Positions 1 to 12,901 of a stretch of DNA of 64,000 bases are shown here, in pieces. Position 1 is the stretch's first letter; every line of letters begins with the position of its first letter. This DNA is from Mayamaea pseudoterrestris. Lineage: Eukaryota. A model generated the notes under the pieces. The model ran no database searches. It worked only from the letters and a program-made list of their open reading frames with translations, and was not told the origin of the DNA. A program made the translations under genes and the position numbers. The DNA lies in NCBI GenBank assembly GCA_027923505.1, contig BROI01000017.1, positions 620,001 through 684,000 of the forward strand, written 5' to 3'.

Positions 1-3000
1 AATCGTCGTGCAAGGGCGGCTTGGACGGGCAACGATGCTCGATATTTGCTTCGCACACGTCCTGTAAGAATAAAATCAGAGACTGGGAGCTTTCCGGACT
101 CAATTAGCCGCCATTGTCTCACAAGATAATCCTTGACAGCAGGTACACCGTGACTAAACAACGTCTTCAGAGCGTTTGCCAGCACCTTCTGTGTCAAATT
201 GCATTGATCGCGGCGAATTGTCTCGATACCTTTCGCTTCGAATTCTGGCTTCCTCTGGTCTATGGACTCGTATTTCATCCCGCAATACTTCTTCTTTGTC
301 TGCATGATGGAACCCGCATAAACCTTTTCGAGTTTAAGCTGGACAGGCGGTGGATTATTTTTAGTTACCGCTGTGCAAAACTCTTCGCCAAACCGGAAAG
401 CCTCATGAACGGATCGACCTGGCAATCGAACGAAGACCGAATCCGTGTCCCCATATATTACGGTGCAGCCTTTCCATCGACCATTAAGTTCGCTTCCCCA
501 TCTGTTTGCGAGATTGATCGCGTCCGTTAAAGTCCGTCTCCCACATTCAACGATCGTATCGGCAAGCAAGGGCATTGCGCAGCGGCCACTAAAAGTTGCG
601 CTCGTATAGCCATAAGTCACATTGGCAACGTACTTAAGAGCAAGCTGCCTTGCTTCGAGCTGCCTCAATACGGCACTTGGCAAGTCCTTAACGTTCCGCT
701 TATACAGTTTAGCCGCCCTTTTCAACATGGCGCGAGTCGTTAGCATCTCATCCAATACTTGTGGAAGCACTCCTTTCACCACGGTTTCAGATACATAGAT
801 GTCGCCAGTTGGTGCAATGTAAGCTCTGTCACTTCTATCGCTAAACAAAGACTTTAGATGATGCTTGAGTATCGTAGCGGACCGTCCTTCCGGATATGAG
901 AATGGTCCAATCTTGCCCGACGTACGTCCCTTTCTCCGCATCTCGCTTCGTGTACTTTGATATTCCAAATGACCTCCTATTGTCGAGTAGCATAAATTAT
1001 ATGCGATGACTAATGACGGATATAACGCCGTAAAATCACATACGACGACTGGATCATTGTAATGCCCAGATTTTGGTTCGAGAGTCAAGGCTTGGACTTG
1101 CAACGCCTCTTGACGGTCGGCGGCATGGAGCGACGGTGAGTAGAAAAAGTATCTCCTTCCAAGAAGTCCTTGACCTGATATGTCCTTATTATCTGGCTCG
1201 TTCTCTTGGCGATTTAATCCACGCCTCTCTTTCCATGGGCTTTGGGTCTGTGAGACGCTCCCGCTGCCCAAGCTTGATAATGCATCCAAAGAAGAAGGCC
1301 TCATGCCGGCTTTTGTTCCCCTTTCTCCCGAGTCCAAGCTCTGTAAAGCGCGAAGCAAAACACCCTCAACCTTGTATTGCGACCCTCTAATGCCAGGAAA
1401 ACTTTGACTCAACTCAACTCCACTTAAACGCGCAGCTTCGCCAGCCCTTCCTATCACATCCATTGCATCGAACAATACAATAGTAGACATGGCTTGAACA
1501 AGTCTGTAATGAAGGACACGCCATCTCTCTCTTCCTTTCTTTTCGCTGTACCATTGGGTGAGTTTAAGATTGTCATGAAACGGTATGCGTTTGCCTGTGA
1601 CCGTAGCTACGACAGCCTGCAGATAAGATGCATTTGGGTGTTTCACCTCTTCCGCTACAAGCTTCCATGACGCAAATACAAGCCTTCCGACGATTGATGA
1701 CGCTGCAACGCCGGCGCCGACGCGTTCGTCCCAATCGGCACCCATTCCACTTCCTTTCCACTTGTCTTTCTTCTCGTCAAGAGGTGTTTTTCCGTCCGCA
1801 ACGCCACCAGTTTCAATTTGAAAAACATTATCGCGATCGTTGGCTTCAGCGAGTGCCGAAACAGTCGGCGTGCGTCCCAAAAGCTTCGCAAGATCGATTC
1901 CGCATGGCGCATTGTTAGAATCTTTCATCATTGAGCTTCTCTCAATCAAAAAACCCAGCCCAGCTCCTTGGGTATCCCACGAGCACATAAGATCTGGATC
2001 TTTCCAGCGAACAAGGCTGGCGAAACGAAGAATTAGCTGCCGCTCGTTCAAAAAACACTCGACAGAAAGCGGGGAACATTTCCCCATTGTTGCAACTGGC
2101 ATGCTCGCATGTATGCTAGCCTTAAGAGTTGACAAGGGATCTTTGTTGATCCCACTCCCGACAAATTCAAGTTCAGCGTCTGGCGGCACCAACAGACACC
2201 CACGCTCCACTACCTCAAGTGACTCTCCTCCACCGGGATCTATTCCCAGCGCATAGACAATAGCTGACACACGGTCTCTGTCTGGTTGCGGAGTGAGAGC
2301 TAAGGGACGCGAAGAAGCATCCTTGCCCTTTCGACATTGTACATGTATTTCAACCGTTAGCAAAGATACCGGAGACGGTAATTCCTTCCTGTTAATCTCG
2401 CTTGAACGGCTCGCACTCTGCGACGGACGGGTGGTTGCCTTTAAATTCCCTCCGCCTTCAATGTGAAGTTTGCCACCTTGGGCACCTATGCCTTTCAAGG
2501 CCGGGTCATTGCTGGGAGTATGACCTGGCATTGTTTCGTCAGGAGTTGACTTCGTCAAAGAAATTGAAAGTGATTCATCTTCCTGCAAATTTTCTTTGAA
2601 GGACTGCGACTGGCTACAACTCTCGTCCGCCAGTTGCGATGCTAATGCCGGCTGACTCGAACGCCATTCCACTTCCTCCACATTACGTTCGTCTACTTTG
2701 TCGATACAATCTGCAAAGGGTATGTCAACACGTTGTCGCTTCTTAGAAACAGGCGTGGTCGGCTCAATCGGCGGTCGTGTTCGCCGCACCCATGATAAAA
2801 CCGTCTTATAATTCGGCGGCGGGCACGTTCTTGTTATGCTATAACCGCCCTCGGATGAATTTTTTGGTAAAGAAGACCTTATTTTATGTGGATACATTTG
2901 AAAATATGACGAGGCAAACATCCACGACGGCTGATCTTTTTCACGCTCCATCGGTAACAAAGTTGTTCCACGTCCTTCCAAAATCTCTCCTCGAGTTGGG

Positions 3001-5807
3001 GGCTTTAGGATATCGTCTTCCATTGACTTAAAAGCTGCCGTGACAGTATTTAAGTCTGTTGGCTTATTGTCCGAACTGAACGCTTCGTTCGGATTCGCCG
3101 GCGACGAAAGTGGCGAATGAAAAGGCTGCGACGTGTGCGACGTGTAATCTTCTGCGTCCGAATCAATCATATTATTATCAATTTGTTCAATCACAGTTTC
3201 AACATTTTGGTGCCCAGCTTGCCAGCGATCAGGTGTAGAATGTTTGTCGTCAAGCCGCGAGATACCAATCTGTCCAGAAGGGCATAGAGGCGACTGAAGA
3301 TGGGAGGACATTTCATTTACATCATTACATTGGTCGTCATATATTGTTTCATCGTCATCGAGATCTTCGTATGGACGTAAAGTTTCTGGGTCTATGTACT
3401 CATCCACATGTTCCATAGGTCCGTCTAGTAATAAACCATCCCCTCGGTCAATTCGTTGCGTTAATTCCATCTGTGTTTGCCAGTCGACTACATCACATTC
3501 ATGCCCAAAGCGACCGCAAGCAGAAACAGGTAGCGCGCTGGCACGAGACGAAGCGCGCGATGGCGGCATCTGTGACAAACTTGGATGCAAATTAGCGGCG
3601 AAACCAGCTACTTTGTCCATGTGTTCGTCATCCGTACAAGGAGAAGAAGCTTGCGATAAGGGCATCTGCGACATGCTTACATGAAAGTTTGCGTCCAATG
3701 CATCAACTTTGTCCGTTTGATCATCATCTGAGCAAACGGTAGCCGGATTGTCGAGCCAAGGCGACAATGATGCTGTTTCATCACCATCGTCTTTCAACTC
3801 ATCCCCTCCGTCGCCGCCCAAATCCTCTAGCGCGAGCAATGCCTCCTCGTCCGTTGGAGTCAGTCCACATGACACCTTTGGTTCGGCGCCGACGTATGCG
3901 ATGTCTTTTTCTCGCAGATGCAGGCTCTTTACCTTTGCCATGTCCGCATCTATTCGATCAATCCGTGCTCCATGCTTTTCAACAATGTCCTTTGCTACTC
4001 GTCGATGTGCGTCGTACAATCCATCAGTCACTCGCACGAGTCGCTCCATACCTTCCTTCGCCAAGCGCGCTCCCGACTTACCACCGCCATCCGGCGCCTG
4101 GAGTGTCAATGGCGGCGTCACTGGTTGCTCCATATTTGGCTGACTCAAGAAGTCGTCCTGTGGTGGCAGCAATCTCCGCATGCGCCGACGCTCCTGCGTC
4201 CACATTGCCTCGAGACTTGGGACAGCCCGCCAACAGACGTGTTGGTTGTCATCTTGGTCTTGCTTTTGGGTCAAAACATCGTGCACGTTCAAAATGTGCG
4301 CAACCGTCGTATCCAGTTCCACCTGACAACTAGTCTGCGACCTGGACCAAGACCCTCCAGGCAAGTTGGCGTTGAGTAAGTCAATTCTTAATGCCACAGA
4401 TGCATCCTCGCTAGAAGCTTGTGTTGGCAGAGACGGGAACAACCGCTGATTTTGCTTCTCTAATTGACTATTGGATGGCGAGGTCTCTTCCAAGTCCTCT
4501 GGCGTAGCTTGATGCAAATCGGGCAAATTTTCCAGTGCCATGTCATCAACGACCAATTCTTCATCGTAATTACTCGCGTCGGTCGTCTGAAGCGTAGTCA
4601 GCAATGCATTATGGGTCTGCGGCAAAGGTGGCCAAACTGATTCCGTATTTGACCGAAGAAAGAGCTGAGTCTCGTCGCTATTTTCCGCTTCAATATAATT
4701 GCGTGAAACATCATTTCCTCCAAGCGTTGGATATGACCGATGAATCGACGCTCGCAACGGCAACTCTCGTCGAAACAATGCTTGCTCCAAGTGTATATAG
4801 GACATACCCGCCAGATTGTAGTCTTTGAAAAATTGCATCGAGTACGGAATGTGTGCCTCGTAACAATGAAACGCCAGTGTTTCGGGTGGATTGTCTGAAA
4901 TTTCGGATGCGTCATCGTCGTCATGCTTCCTGTCGGCTGAGTGACCATCGTCATCATACGTATACTGCTTTGGATTGGGATGAAACTGGTACGGAACATC
5001 CGCAAGTCCCTTCTCCAACGCAAGCTTGATGCGCCACCGCTGGGAAGGATCGTAGTATTCGATTCTTACAAATGGCGCAGCAATGCCCGGGCAGTACGTA
5101 TAAAAGCCACGTCCCACAACCACAGTCAATTGTCGAATGAATCTCGCATGGACCGTCTTCTTACTACTGCTAGCGCTGCTGACACTTGCTTGCAGCGTCG
5201 CTTCCAGTGCGTCCTGCAGAATAGTTAAAATGCCTTCTACCTGCTTTGGACAGTCCCAATCCGTATGATCTTGCTCACCGCGCAGAAGTAAAGCATATCG
5301 TCCAGGCCCCCCATCTGGTCCAGCAACGACAGGTCGGGCCAGCATGTAGGGGAAGGCTCCGTGAATGTAGAGACAGGCTGACTGCTTGGGAGGCTGCAAA
5401 ATAGGACGAGGCGCATCGTCGTTGCTATCATCGTATGACGAAAAGTCGCGGCGCAGAATGGGACCAAAGATGCGAAAGACTGGGACTTGTAGATTGTTCG
5501 TATGTTTCGTACTAGTCGCTTTTCCAAACACGTCTGGTTGCCGATCGATTCCGACATATGCATCAACGCGAACCGACTCATCTACATCGCCTTGTAGACT
5601 ATGTTTGGTCGCCTCGTGAAATTCTTTCGGCTCCAAGGGTGTAGGATCCATCATAATGTAGTCGATTACCGTAGCTAAAACGGAACATAGAGGTGACGGA
5701 GGAGACTGTACATGGTTGGCAGGTACAAATTGGTCGCTTGACGAATGCTGAAGGTCCTCATGATGGTCGTCACCAGCGTCCGACGGCGAGAAGAAGTAAC
5801 AATTCAT
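1..5807 (-). CDS. REV3: DNA polymerase zeta catalytic subunit (family B); 3' end lies outside the window
   Basis: Hand translation from ATG 5807 gives VIDYIMMDP...VPVFRIFGP...QSACLYIHGAFPY (REV3 N-terminus). The same frame at ~1079 gives EPKSGHYNDPVVVCDFTALYPSLVIAYNLCYST, followed by NVTYGYTSATFSGRC and YGDTDSVF. Missing from the ORF track, consistent with no stop inside the window. Confidence 0.93.
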   Translation of the reverse strand, partial: MNCYFFSPSDAGDDHHEDLQHSSSDQFVPANHVQSPPSPLCSVLATVIDYIMMDPTPLEPKEFHEATKHSLQGDVDESVRVDAYVGIDRQPDVFGKATSTKHTNNLQVPVFRIFGPILRRDFSSYDDSNDDAPRPILQPPKQSACLYIHGAFPYMLARPVVAGPDGGPGRYALLLRGEQDHTDWDCPKQVEGILTILQDALEATLQASVSSASSSKKTVHARFIRQLTVVVGRGFYTYCPGIAAPFVRIEYYDPSQRWRIKLALEKGLADVPYQFHPNPKQYTYDDDGHSADRKHDDDDASEISDNPPETLAFHCYEAHIPYSMQFFKDYNLAGMSYIHLEQALFRRELPLRASIHRSYPTLGGNDVSRNYIEAENSDETQLFLRSNTESVWPPLPQTHNALLTTLQTTDASNYDEELVVDDMALENLPDLHQATPEDLEETSPSNSQLEKQNQRLFPSLPTQASSEDASVALRIDLLNANLPGGSWSRSQTSCQVELDTTVAHILNVHDVLTQKQDQDDNQHVCWRAVPSLEAMWTQERRRMRRLLPPQDDFLSQPNMEQPVTPPLTLQAPDGGGKSGARLAKEGMERLVRVTDGLYDAHRRVAKDIVEKHGARIDRIDADMAKVKSLHLREKDIAYVGAEPKVSCGLTPTDEEALLALEDLGGDGGDELKDDGDETASLSPWLDNPATVCSDDDQTDKVDALDANFHVSMSQMPLSQASSPCTDDEHMDKVAGFAANLHPSLSQMPPSRASSRASALPVSACGRFGHECDVVDWQTQMELTQRIDRGDGLLLDGPMEHVDEYIDPETLRPYEDLDDDETIYDDQCNDVNEMSSHLQSPLCPSGQIGISRLDDKHSTPDRWQAGHQNVETVIEQIDNNMIDSDAEDYTSHTSQPFHSPLSSPANPNEAFSSDNKPTDLNTVTAAFKSMEDDILKPPTRGEILEGRGTTLLPMEREKDQPSWMFASSYFQMYPHKIRSSLPKNSSEGGYSITRTCPPPNYKTVLSWVRRTRPPIEPTTPVSKKRQRVDIPFADCIDKVDERNVEEVEWRSSQPALASQLADESCSQSQSFKENLQEDESLSISLTKSTPDETMPGHTPSNDPALKGIGAQGGKLHIEGGGNLKATTRPSQSASRSSEINRKELPSPVSLLTVEIHVQCRKGKDASSRPLALTPQPDRDRVSAIVYALGIDPGGGESLEVVERGCLLVPPDAELEFVGSGINKDPLSTLKASIHASMPVATMGKCSPLSVECFLNERQLILRFASLVRWKDPDLMCSWDTQGAGLGFLIERSSMMKDSNNAPCGIDLAKLLGRTPTVSALAEANDRDNVFQIETGGVADGKTPLDEKKDKWKGSGMGADWDERVGAGVAASSIVGRLVFASWKLVAEEVKHPNASYLQAVVATVTGKRIPFHDNLKLTQWYSEKKGRERWRVLHYRLVQAMSTIVLFDAMDVIGRAGEAARLSGVELSQSFPGIRGSQYKVEGVLLRALQSLDSGERGTKAGMRPSSLDALSSLGSGSVSQTQSPWKERRGLNRQENEPDNKDISGQGLLGRRYFFYSPSLHAADRQEALQVQALTLEPKSGHYNDPVVVCDFTALYPSLVIAYNLCYSTIGGHLEYQSTRSEMRRKGRTSGKIGPFSYPEGRSATILKHHLKSLFSDRSDRAYIAPTGDIYVSETVVKGVLPQVLDEMLTTRAMLKRAAKLYKRNVKDLPSAVLRQLEARQLALKYVANVTYGYTSATFSGRCAMPLLADTIVECGRRTLTDAINLANRWGSELNGRWKGCTVIYGDTDSVFVRLPGRSVHEAFRFGEEFCTAVTKNNPPPVQLKLEKVYAGSIMQTKKKYCGMKYESIDQRKPEFEAKGIETIRRDQCNLTQKVLANALKTLFSHGVPAVKDYLVRQWRLIESGKLPVSDFILTGRVRSKYRASLPVQAALARR

Positions 5808-6060
5808 GGTCAATTATAAGCTTGTATAAAGCAACAGACAAGAGTTTATTTTTAATCATGTCTTGCTTTGAATGATACTAATAGCCTCGTCTGATGACTT
5901 GCACAATTAGCGGAGAAATCCCATGGTGAAACGTACCGAGGTTCGCACACCACGCTTTTCACGCATTCGTACCGGTACTAAATAGACGTCGGAGCGGTTT
6001 TGAATGTCTGAACTCCATCCATCAAATTCAAAATCGCCGTGTCATTTTGTTCGACAAACC

Positions 6061-7566
6061 ATGGCGAATCCAAACTCCTCAACCCTTTTCACGGGCATCC
6101 TCATTGGGTCCTCTGCGACCCTGTTGCTCACATGGGTCTACACAAGATTTGCGGAAAGGAAAAATGAGACGCCTTCCTCGTTCAATGAGCCGCAACAGAA
6201 ACCACAACGGCGACGACAGCAACAACACCAAGTCCTTCCTCCATCCATTCGCGACGAACAATTATCGCGATCAACACTCTACTTTGGACAAGAAAACATG
6301 CAGAAACTTTCAAAGCATTCTCGCGTCTGCGTGGTAGGTCTTGGTGGAGTCGGCTCTCACGCGGCGGTTGCCTTGGCGCGGGCTGGCCTTGGTCCTTATT
6401 TGCGGCTCATTGACTTTGACCAAGTGACACTTTCAAGTTTGAATCGACATGCATGCGCAACACTGCAGGATGTTGGAATACCAAAAGTGACATGTGTGCG
6501 TGAATATATTCGCAAAATTTGTCCAAATGACGAGTATTTGATGGTGGATGTTTGCGTTGAACTCTTCAATGCTGCAGCTGCGGACAGATTACTGGAGTTG
6601 CCAGATGGCGAACATTGGGACATGATCATTGATGCAATTGATGATGTTCCAACCAAGGCGGAACTCATTCAGTATTGCTTGAAGCATAAGATTCCAGTCG
6701 TCTCCTGCATGTCGGCGGGTGGCAAGGCCGACGTTACCCGCTTGCATATTTCTGACTTGCAATCGGCTGCAAAGGATCCACTCGCAACCAAGCTACGGCA
6801 AACACTGAAACGATTAATGAAGAATGAGACTGGTGATAATGACGACGGTGACGATGCTCCATCATCATCATCTTACTTGGAAGACATGGATCGACTATCA
6901 ATCTTGTACTCATCCGAGAAGACAGTCACAAAGCTCGCAGCACTCACACCCGAACAGCAAGCTGCTCCTCATACGTTTGGCGCGATGGATCACATGCGGG
7001 TCCGCGTCGTGCCGGTGCTAGGAACCATGCCGGCAATTATGGGACTATCATTGGCGGCAGTTTGCATGACCCGACTTGGTCAGAAACCGTTGCAGCCAGT
7101 TCCAGGGGAGCGGATTGGACGAAGCGTGAGACATCGCATGCTGCAGCATTTGAAAATGCGAGAAGAAAAGATACAAAAGCACGTGCTGGCAAAGGCTGGG
7201 TTAGAAACGTTGCCGACTGCTAATATTGACGACTCGGACGGAAATGGCGACGACGCAGAGGAATCTGACGACAATCATGGCTGTATGGTGGACGGAACTT
7301 GGATTGGCCGCGTGCAAGTGGACATGGACGACATTGACTTCCTATTTGAAATCTGGCGAAATCGATGCGCCGTGACGGGTGCACGACTTGGCACTACGTT
7401 GGCGCTTGTCCGCTGGAACATGGATAAACCATCAACATGCGACAACATTGTGCTCATGAGTGCAAAGGCGATGAAGCTATTTGACAAGCCAAATGGCAAG
7501 AGTGATATACCCGAAGCTGTTCAACGAAGCATAGAGGAGCGATTGGAAACTTGTCGGTGTGCATAG
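6061..7566 (+). CDS. tRNA threonylcarbamoyladenosine dehydratase (TcdA/TCD1-2, ThiF/E1-like family) with N-terminal membrane anchor
   Basis: VCVVGLGGVGSHAA, LIDFDQVTLSSLNRHA, IIDAIDD, DPLA and VVPVLGTMPAIMG motifs. Alternative start at 6004. Confidence 0.88.
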   Translation: MANPNSSTLFTGILIGSSATLLLTWVYTRFAERKNETPSSFNEPQQKPQRRRQQQHQVLPPSIRDEQLSRSTLYFGQENMQKLSKHSRVCVVGLGGVGSHAAVALARAGLGPYLRLIDFDQVTLSSLNRHACATLQDVGIPKVTCVREYIRKICPNDEYLMVDVCVELFNAAAADRLLELPDGEHWDMIIDAIDDVPTKAELIQYCLKHKIPVVSCMSAGGKADVTRLHISDLQSAAKDPLATKLRQTLKRLMKNETGDNDDGDDAPSSSSYLEDMDRLSILYSSEKTVTKLAALTPEQQAAPHTFGAMDHMRVRVVPVLGTMPAIMGLSLAAVCMTRLGQKPLQPVPGERIGRSVRHRMLQHLKMREEKIQKHVLAKAGLETLPTANIDDSDGNGDDAEESDDNHGCMVDGTWIGRVQVDMDDIDFLFEIWRNRCAVTGARLGTTLALVRWNMDKPSTCDNIVLMSAKAMKLFDKPNGKSDIPEAVQRSIEERLETCRCA

Positions 7567-7785
7567 CTATAAAAAGTATAATCGACTATATTTGTACAAT
7601 CATTTGCCACCAATGCAGAACGACGAGATAAAAGTGAAACAGTATATTTATCTTTGACACAATTTGTGGTCTCCACGCTTCAAAATATACAAGACTGCAC
7701 TGCAGATGGTCAAGCCGGCCACAATCCGGCAAAACTGCTCCTCCAATCGCCATTAAGTGAAAAATTTGCTGCTCATTGTCATGTT

Positions 7786-8507
7786 CTAATTTTGCATTAA
7801 TGCCTTGAACTCCTCAAAACTAATCTCTCCGTCGCCATTCTCATCAACCTCGTTCATCATGGCATCAATCTCTGCTTCCGATAAAGCCTGTCCCAACTTC
7901 TTCATGAGACGCTTGAGTTCTTTTCGATCAATCGCACCACTTCCATCAGAGTCAAAGACCGCAAAGGCGTCTCGCAGCTCCTGCTCCGGATCACGGTGTC
8001 CGATGCGCGACTTCATCAATATGAGAAATTCTTCAAAGTCAATTTCGCAGTCTCCATTGTCATCGACTGATTTGATCATTTCCTTCAGTTCATTCTCCGA
8101 CGGATTCTGGCCTAATTTGCGCATGACTTGCTGGAGTTCGTGCAATTCAATGGTGCCTGTTAATAACAAAAAAGTATTATGAGACAAGCAGGCGAAACAT
8201 GGCGCGAAATAAAAACAACTCAAAGGCAAAACTTCGCATAAAGCCAATGGCAGTCGATCATCGACACGTGGATCGGGGACGCCAAAAAGCCGGAATGATT
8301 AACGATCAAGCGAAGATCGTTCCTAGTCCTCCCATTATCAAATTCCGGATACTTTCATTCTGCACGGTACTAACCATCTCCGTTAATGTCAAACATGGCG
8401 AACGCCTCCTTCAAGTCTGCCACTTGTTCCTCCGTAAGTCCTTCAGCTGCCTTGCTCGTGATGGAGGAGGATGCAACGGATGACGCGGCTTTCTTCTTTG
8501 ATGACAT
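7786..8507 (-). CDS. Calmodulin-like EF-hand protein, 2 exons (intron 8157-8374)
   Basis: Exon 1 MSSKKKAA...[22 protein letters not shown] splices GT..AG to [20 protein letters not shown]. Four EF-hand loops. Confidence 0.9.
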
Positions 8508-8855
8508 GGTTAAAATGCTTTATTGAAGAAGAATATCAGTCTATCGAGTGATGCTGCGCCGCAATGAGTTTAGGATGGAGGCAGACGAGCCCAACAACAT
8601 CATGCGCGCAGCCGAACAAAGCGGCATGCTGTCTCATGCGCAGCTGCCGAGGATGACTGCGCAAAATGACCGGTCATGATGGAGCACGACTGCCGAATCG
8701 TGTTTCCGTGCGAGCCGGCCGGGTCGAAACTGACTTGACACGTCACGCATCGCAATCTTTCTTCGCATAATGCTCGACCATGATGGATTGCTTCCTCGCG
8801 TCACGCATCAACGAAACGAATTAACTCGCAGCTTTACAACAACAGTAAACTTTGA

Positions 8856-10703
8856 ATGATGTCACATGATGAAACGATCGCATTTGCCAAGGAATGGGCG
8901 ACAATGGACCCAAACGAAGCGACCAAGCTACATGTTCTTGACTTGATTAACGCAGCAACCTCTAATAAGAATCTTGAGGCAATGTCAAAGCTTGAACGAT
9001 TGTTTCCCTCTGACAAGTCTAGAATCAGTTTTGGAACTGCTGGATTACGCTCCGAAATGAAACCTGGACCGCTTGGCATGAATGATCTGGTTGTGATCCA
9101 AACGGCGCAGGGATTGGCGCGATTCTGCGAATCGCAATCCATTTCGACGGTTGTCATTGGATATGACCACCGTTCTCGGTCTGAATATAAACTTTCGTCA
9201 CGATCATTTGCCATTTATTCAACTCTATGCTTCCAACAAGCAGGCTTTCGCGTCTTATTGCTAAATGGATTTGTGGCAACGCCAATAGTGCCCTTCACGC
9301 TATCGTATCTGGCCGATGAAAAGGCGATTGGTATCATGATTACAGCGTCGCATAATCCCAAACAAGATGCCGGCTACAAGGTTTACTGGAAAGATGGTTG
9401 TCAGATACGACCTCCCATTGACCAAGGCATGGCGAGTGCGATCTTGGAAAACCTTTCGCCATGGACCGACTATCAAGCACTTGTTAAGAAGCTGCAATGT
9501 TCCATGGGCCATGTGAATGATCCTTGCTTTGGTTTGAGCAATCCTGACTTTACCAGAAAAGTGATTGACGCCTACTATGAAGCTGTCGCAAAATCTGGCA
9601 TGGTGTCAGGACAAGCTTTAAAGGTTGATGCCCCGACACGACTTCGATTCTGCTACTCTGCCATGCATGGGGTCGGCCACGCATTTGCTAAGCGAGTCTT
9701 TAAAACACTCAAGGTCGCGCCGTTTGTACCCGTTCCATCGCAGCAAGAGCCCGATCCTGACTTTCCTACTGTAGTCTTTCCAAATCCGGAGGAAAAGGGG
9801 GCACTTGTCCTTGCGCAAGCCTACGCCGTGGAACATGACTGTCAAGTTATTTTGGCGAATGATCCCGACGCCGATCGTTTGGCGGTTGCTGAGTACGATG
9901 AGACGAAAAAGTCATGGATAGTCTTTACGGGAGATCAAATTGGAACCATGCTGGGACATTGGCTATGGGAGCAGTTTCGAGACAAGTCCAGCAAACCACT
10001 TGCCATGTGCGCGTCAACGGTCTCATCTGGCATGCTTCGCGAGATTGCCCGCGTCGAAGGCTTCTACTTTGAAGACACGTTAACAGGATTTAAATGGATT
10101 GGCAGTCGGGCCGCCGAGTTGAATGCTGGCGTTTATCATACTATTTTCTGCTACGAGGAAGCGATTGGATTCTGCTGTGGCGACGTCATCTATGATAAGG
10201 ACGGAATAACAGCTGCAGCAGTTTTTGCCGAGCTGACAATGGCAGTGTATGCTCAAGGCATTACACTGGAAAAACACATACAGAGTTTGTATGACAAGTA
10301 TGGAGAGTTTGTGAGCAACAATGGCTACTTTGTCGTGCACGATACATCGTTGGCTCCCCGCATCATGGATGACCTCACCGGCAAGGGTTCCTTCACTACG
10401 TTAAAGGCCGTCGGGCCGTACGAAGTGGAAGCCATTCGCTATTTGGGTGAGCCAGGCTATGATTCACGCACGGTTGACAATAAGCCAACGCTGCCGACCT
10501 CCAAGTCAAGCCCAATGCTTTCGCTGACTTTCAAGAATGGTTTGGTGGCGCAGTTTAGAGGCAGCGGAACGGAGCCCAAATTCAAATATTATCTTGAACT
10601 AAAAGGCAAGCCCGGCGTATCGCGAGCGCAAGTGACAAGCGACTTGGATGAAATGTCGAGATTTATATTGAAGGAACTGTTCGGCAGCTATGGTCTGTCT
10701 TGA
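8856..10703 (+). CDS. Phosphoglucomutase/phosphomannomutase, PGM2-like
   Basis: FGTAGLR, ITASHNP (phosphoserine loop), DPDADR (metal loop), YEEAIG and RGSGTEPK motifs. Confidence 0.93.
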   Translation: MMSHDETIAFAKEWATMDPNEATKLHVLDLINAATSNKNLEAMSKLERLFPSDKSRISFGTAGLRSEMKPGPLGMNDLVVIQTAQGLARFCESQSISTVVIGYDHRSRSEYKLSSRSFAIYSTLCFQQAGFRVLLLNGFVATPIVPFTLSYLADEKAIGIMITASHNPKQDAGYKVYWKDGCQIRPPIDQGMASAILENLSPWTDYQALVKKLQCSMGHVNDPCFGLSNPDFTRKVIDAYYEAVAKSGMVSGQALKVDAPTRLRFCYSAMHGVGHAFAKRVFKTLKVAPFVPVPSQQEPDPDFPTVVFPNPEEKGALVLAQAYAVEHDCQVILANDPDADRLAVAEYDETKKSWIVFTGDQIGTMLGHWLWEQFRDKSSKPLAMCASTVSSGMLREIARVEGFYFEDTLTGFKWIGSRAAELNAGVYHTIFCYEEAIGFCCGDVIYDKDGITAAAVFAELTMAVYAQGITLEKHIQSLYDKYGEFVSNNGYFVVHDTSLAPRIMDDLTGKGSFTTLKAVGPYEVEAIRYLGEPGYDSRTVDNKPTLPTSKSSPMLSLTFKNGLVAQFRGSGTEPKFKYYLELKGKPGVSRAQVTSDLDEMSRFILKELFGSYGLS

Positions 10704-10902
10704 ATGGATTGCGGAGGCGATCTATGCGCCTCAATATTGACGACTGTACATGTAAACTCGCTATAGCATGATAAAGTCTGCAATGTAATCCATTCAGCTA
10801 CTCAAATTAGGATATACTATTACTCTTCTTTCTCAAATCCATTGTCTATACGACCAAAACAGACAAGACGGCACCTTCAACCATCGCACTCAGCTCAATA
10901 GT

Positions 10903-11854
<952 letters not shown>

Positions 11855-12125
11855 GGTATCGTTTCTTGTAGTGTATGTAAGTGTGGGTTGTTCGGAGCAA
11901 GATGCTTTACAAATGCGGCGCAGAGAGCGTGTGTGTGGCCAAAGATCTCGCGGCCAATCGATGACCCGTGGCGCCAAGACTTTGCACGCCAGCCGGCTGC
12001 AAGAGCCGTTGCCATCCGATCCGTTTCCGCCACGTCATTGATGCAAGTCGGAGTGGTACTTGCCCTTCGCGCGCGCGAAACCGCGAAACGTTCTTTTCGA
12101 TTTGCCATCACAAATCACAATCACC

Positions 12126-12653
12126 ATGGGCATCTTGCGTCTATTTCCTCGTTCCATCGAGCAGCAGATAGGAGATCCAGAGACTGGAAGACGGAGGATA
12201 AATTCATGGAATGATGTGTTTGTATCGCGAACGCTTTGTCAATCCATTCATGTAGCTGAAAACGATGACGATCAACCAGCGCTGCATTCACCGTCGCTGC
12301 CGCAAGTTCCATTGTCTCCTCATTTACCGCAACAATATCCAAAGCAATTAGCAAAAACTCACAGCCATGAGAACTATCGAAATATGTACGACGAAGAATC
12401 TTGTGCAAGCTGCTTGTACACCGGTGTCGCAACCTGCTTTGGATTGGCCTCCTACTTTTGCTACCTTGCCGTGGAAGACCAGCTCACAGCCAAGAATGCT
12501 AGTGATGGAGCAATAAAACAAGGTACACTGCATAGGATTGCAATGCGTGAATCTGTCGATATGATAAGAGTGGCTGCTAGGACAAGACCTGGTTTTCTCG
12601 TGGTAGCTGCTGGTTGGGTTGCCATTGGGATTCACCGATGGAGCCTCGGCTAG
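12126..12653 (+). CDS. Small membrane protein, possibly DUF4536/DMAC1-like; start uncertain (could be ~12383)
   Basis: CxxC motif followed by a hydrophobic helix (ESCASCLYTGVATCFGLASYF) and a second C-terminal hydrophobic helix. Confidence 0.45.
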   Translation: MGILRLFPRSIEQQIGDPETGRRRINSWNDVFVSRTLCQSIHVAENDDDQPALHSPSLPQVPLSPHLPQQYPKQLAKTHSHENYRNMYDEESCASCLYTGVATCFGLASYFCYLAVEDQLTAKNASDGAIKQGTLHRIAMRESVDMIRVAARTRPGFLVVAAGWVAIGIHRWSLG

Positions 12654-12901
12654 CGACTAATGTCTGTTTTCAAGTAACGTGATTTGTTGTCATAATATAA
12701 TATATGCGTACACATATAAAATGTCGATAAGCTTGTTCCAACTATATACAAATATACTTTCTCCTTGTACTAAGTGTCATCATTGCACTGATTACTCTCA
12801 TACGCTCAAAATAAGCTGTATAATTGCCCAGGCAACCCATGATGTATCCTCTTCCAATTATCTCATTCACAGCAAATCGTATTTCGTCTAATTTACTCTT
12901 C

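Noticed and set aside
114..5619. Short ORFs listed over the first 5.6 kb
   Set aside because: They are antisense or alternative-frame shadows of REV3.
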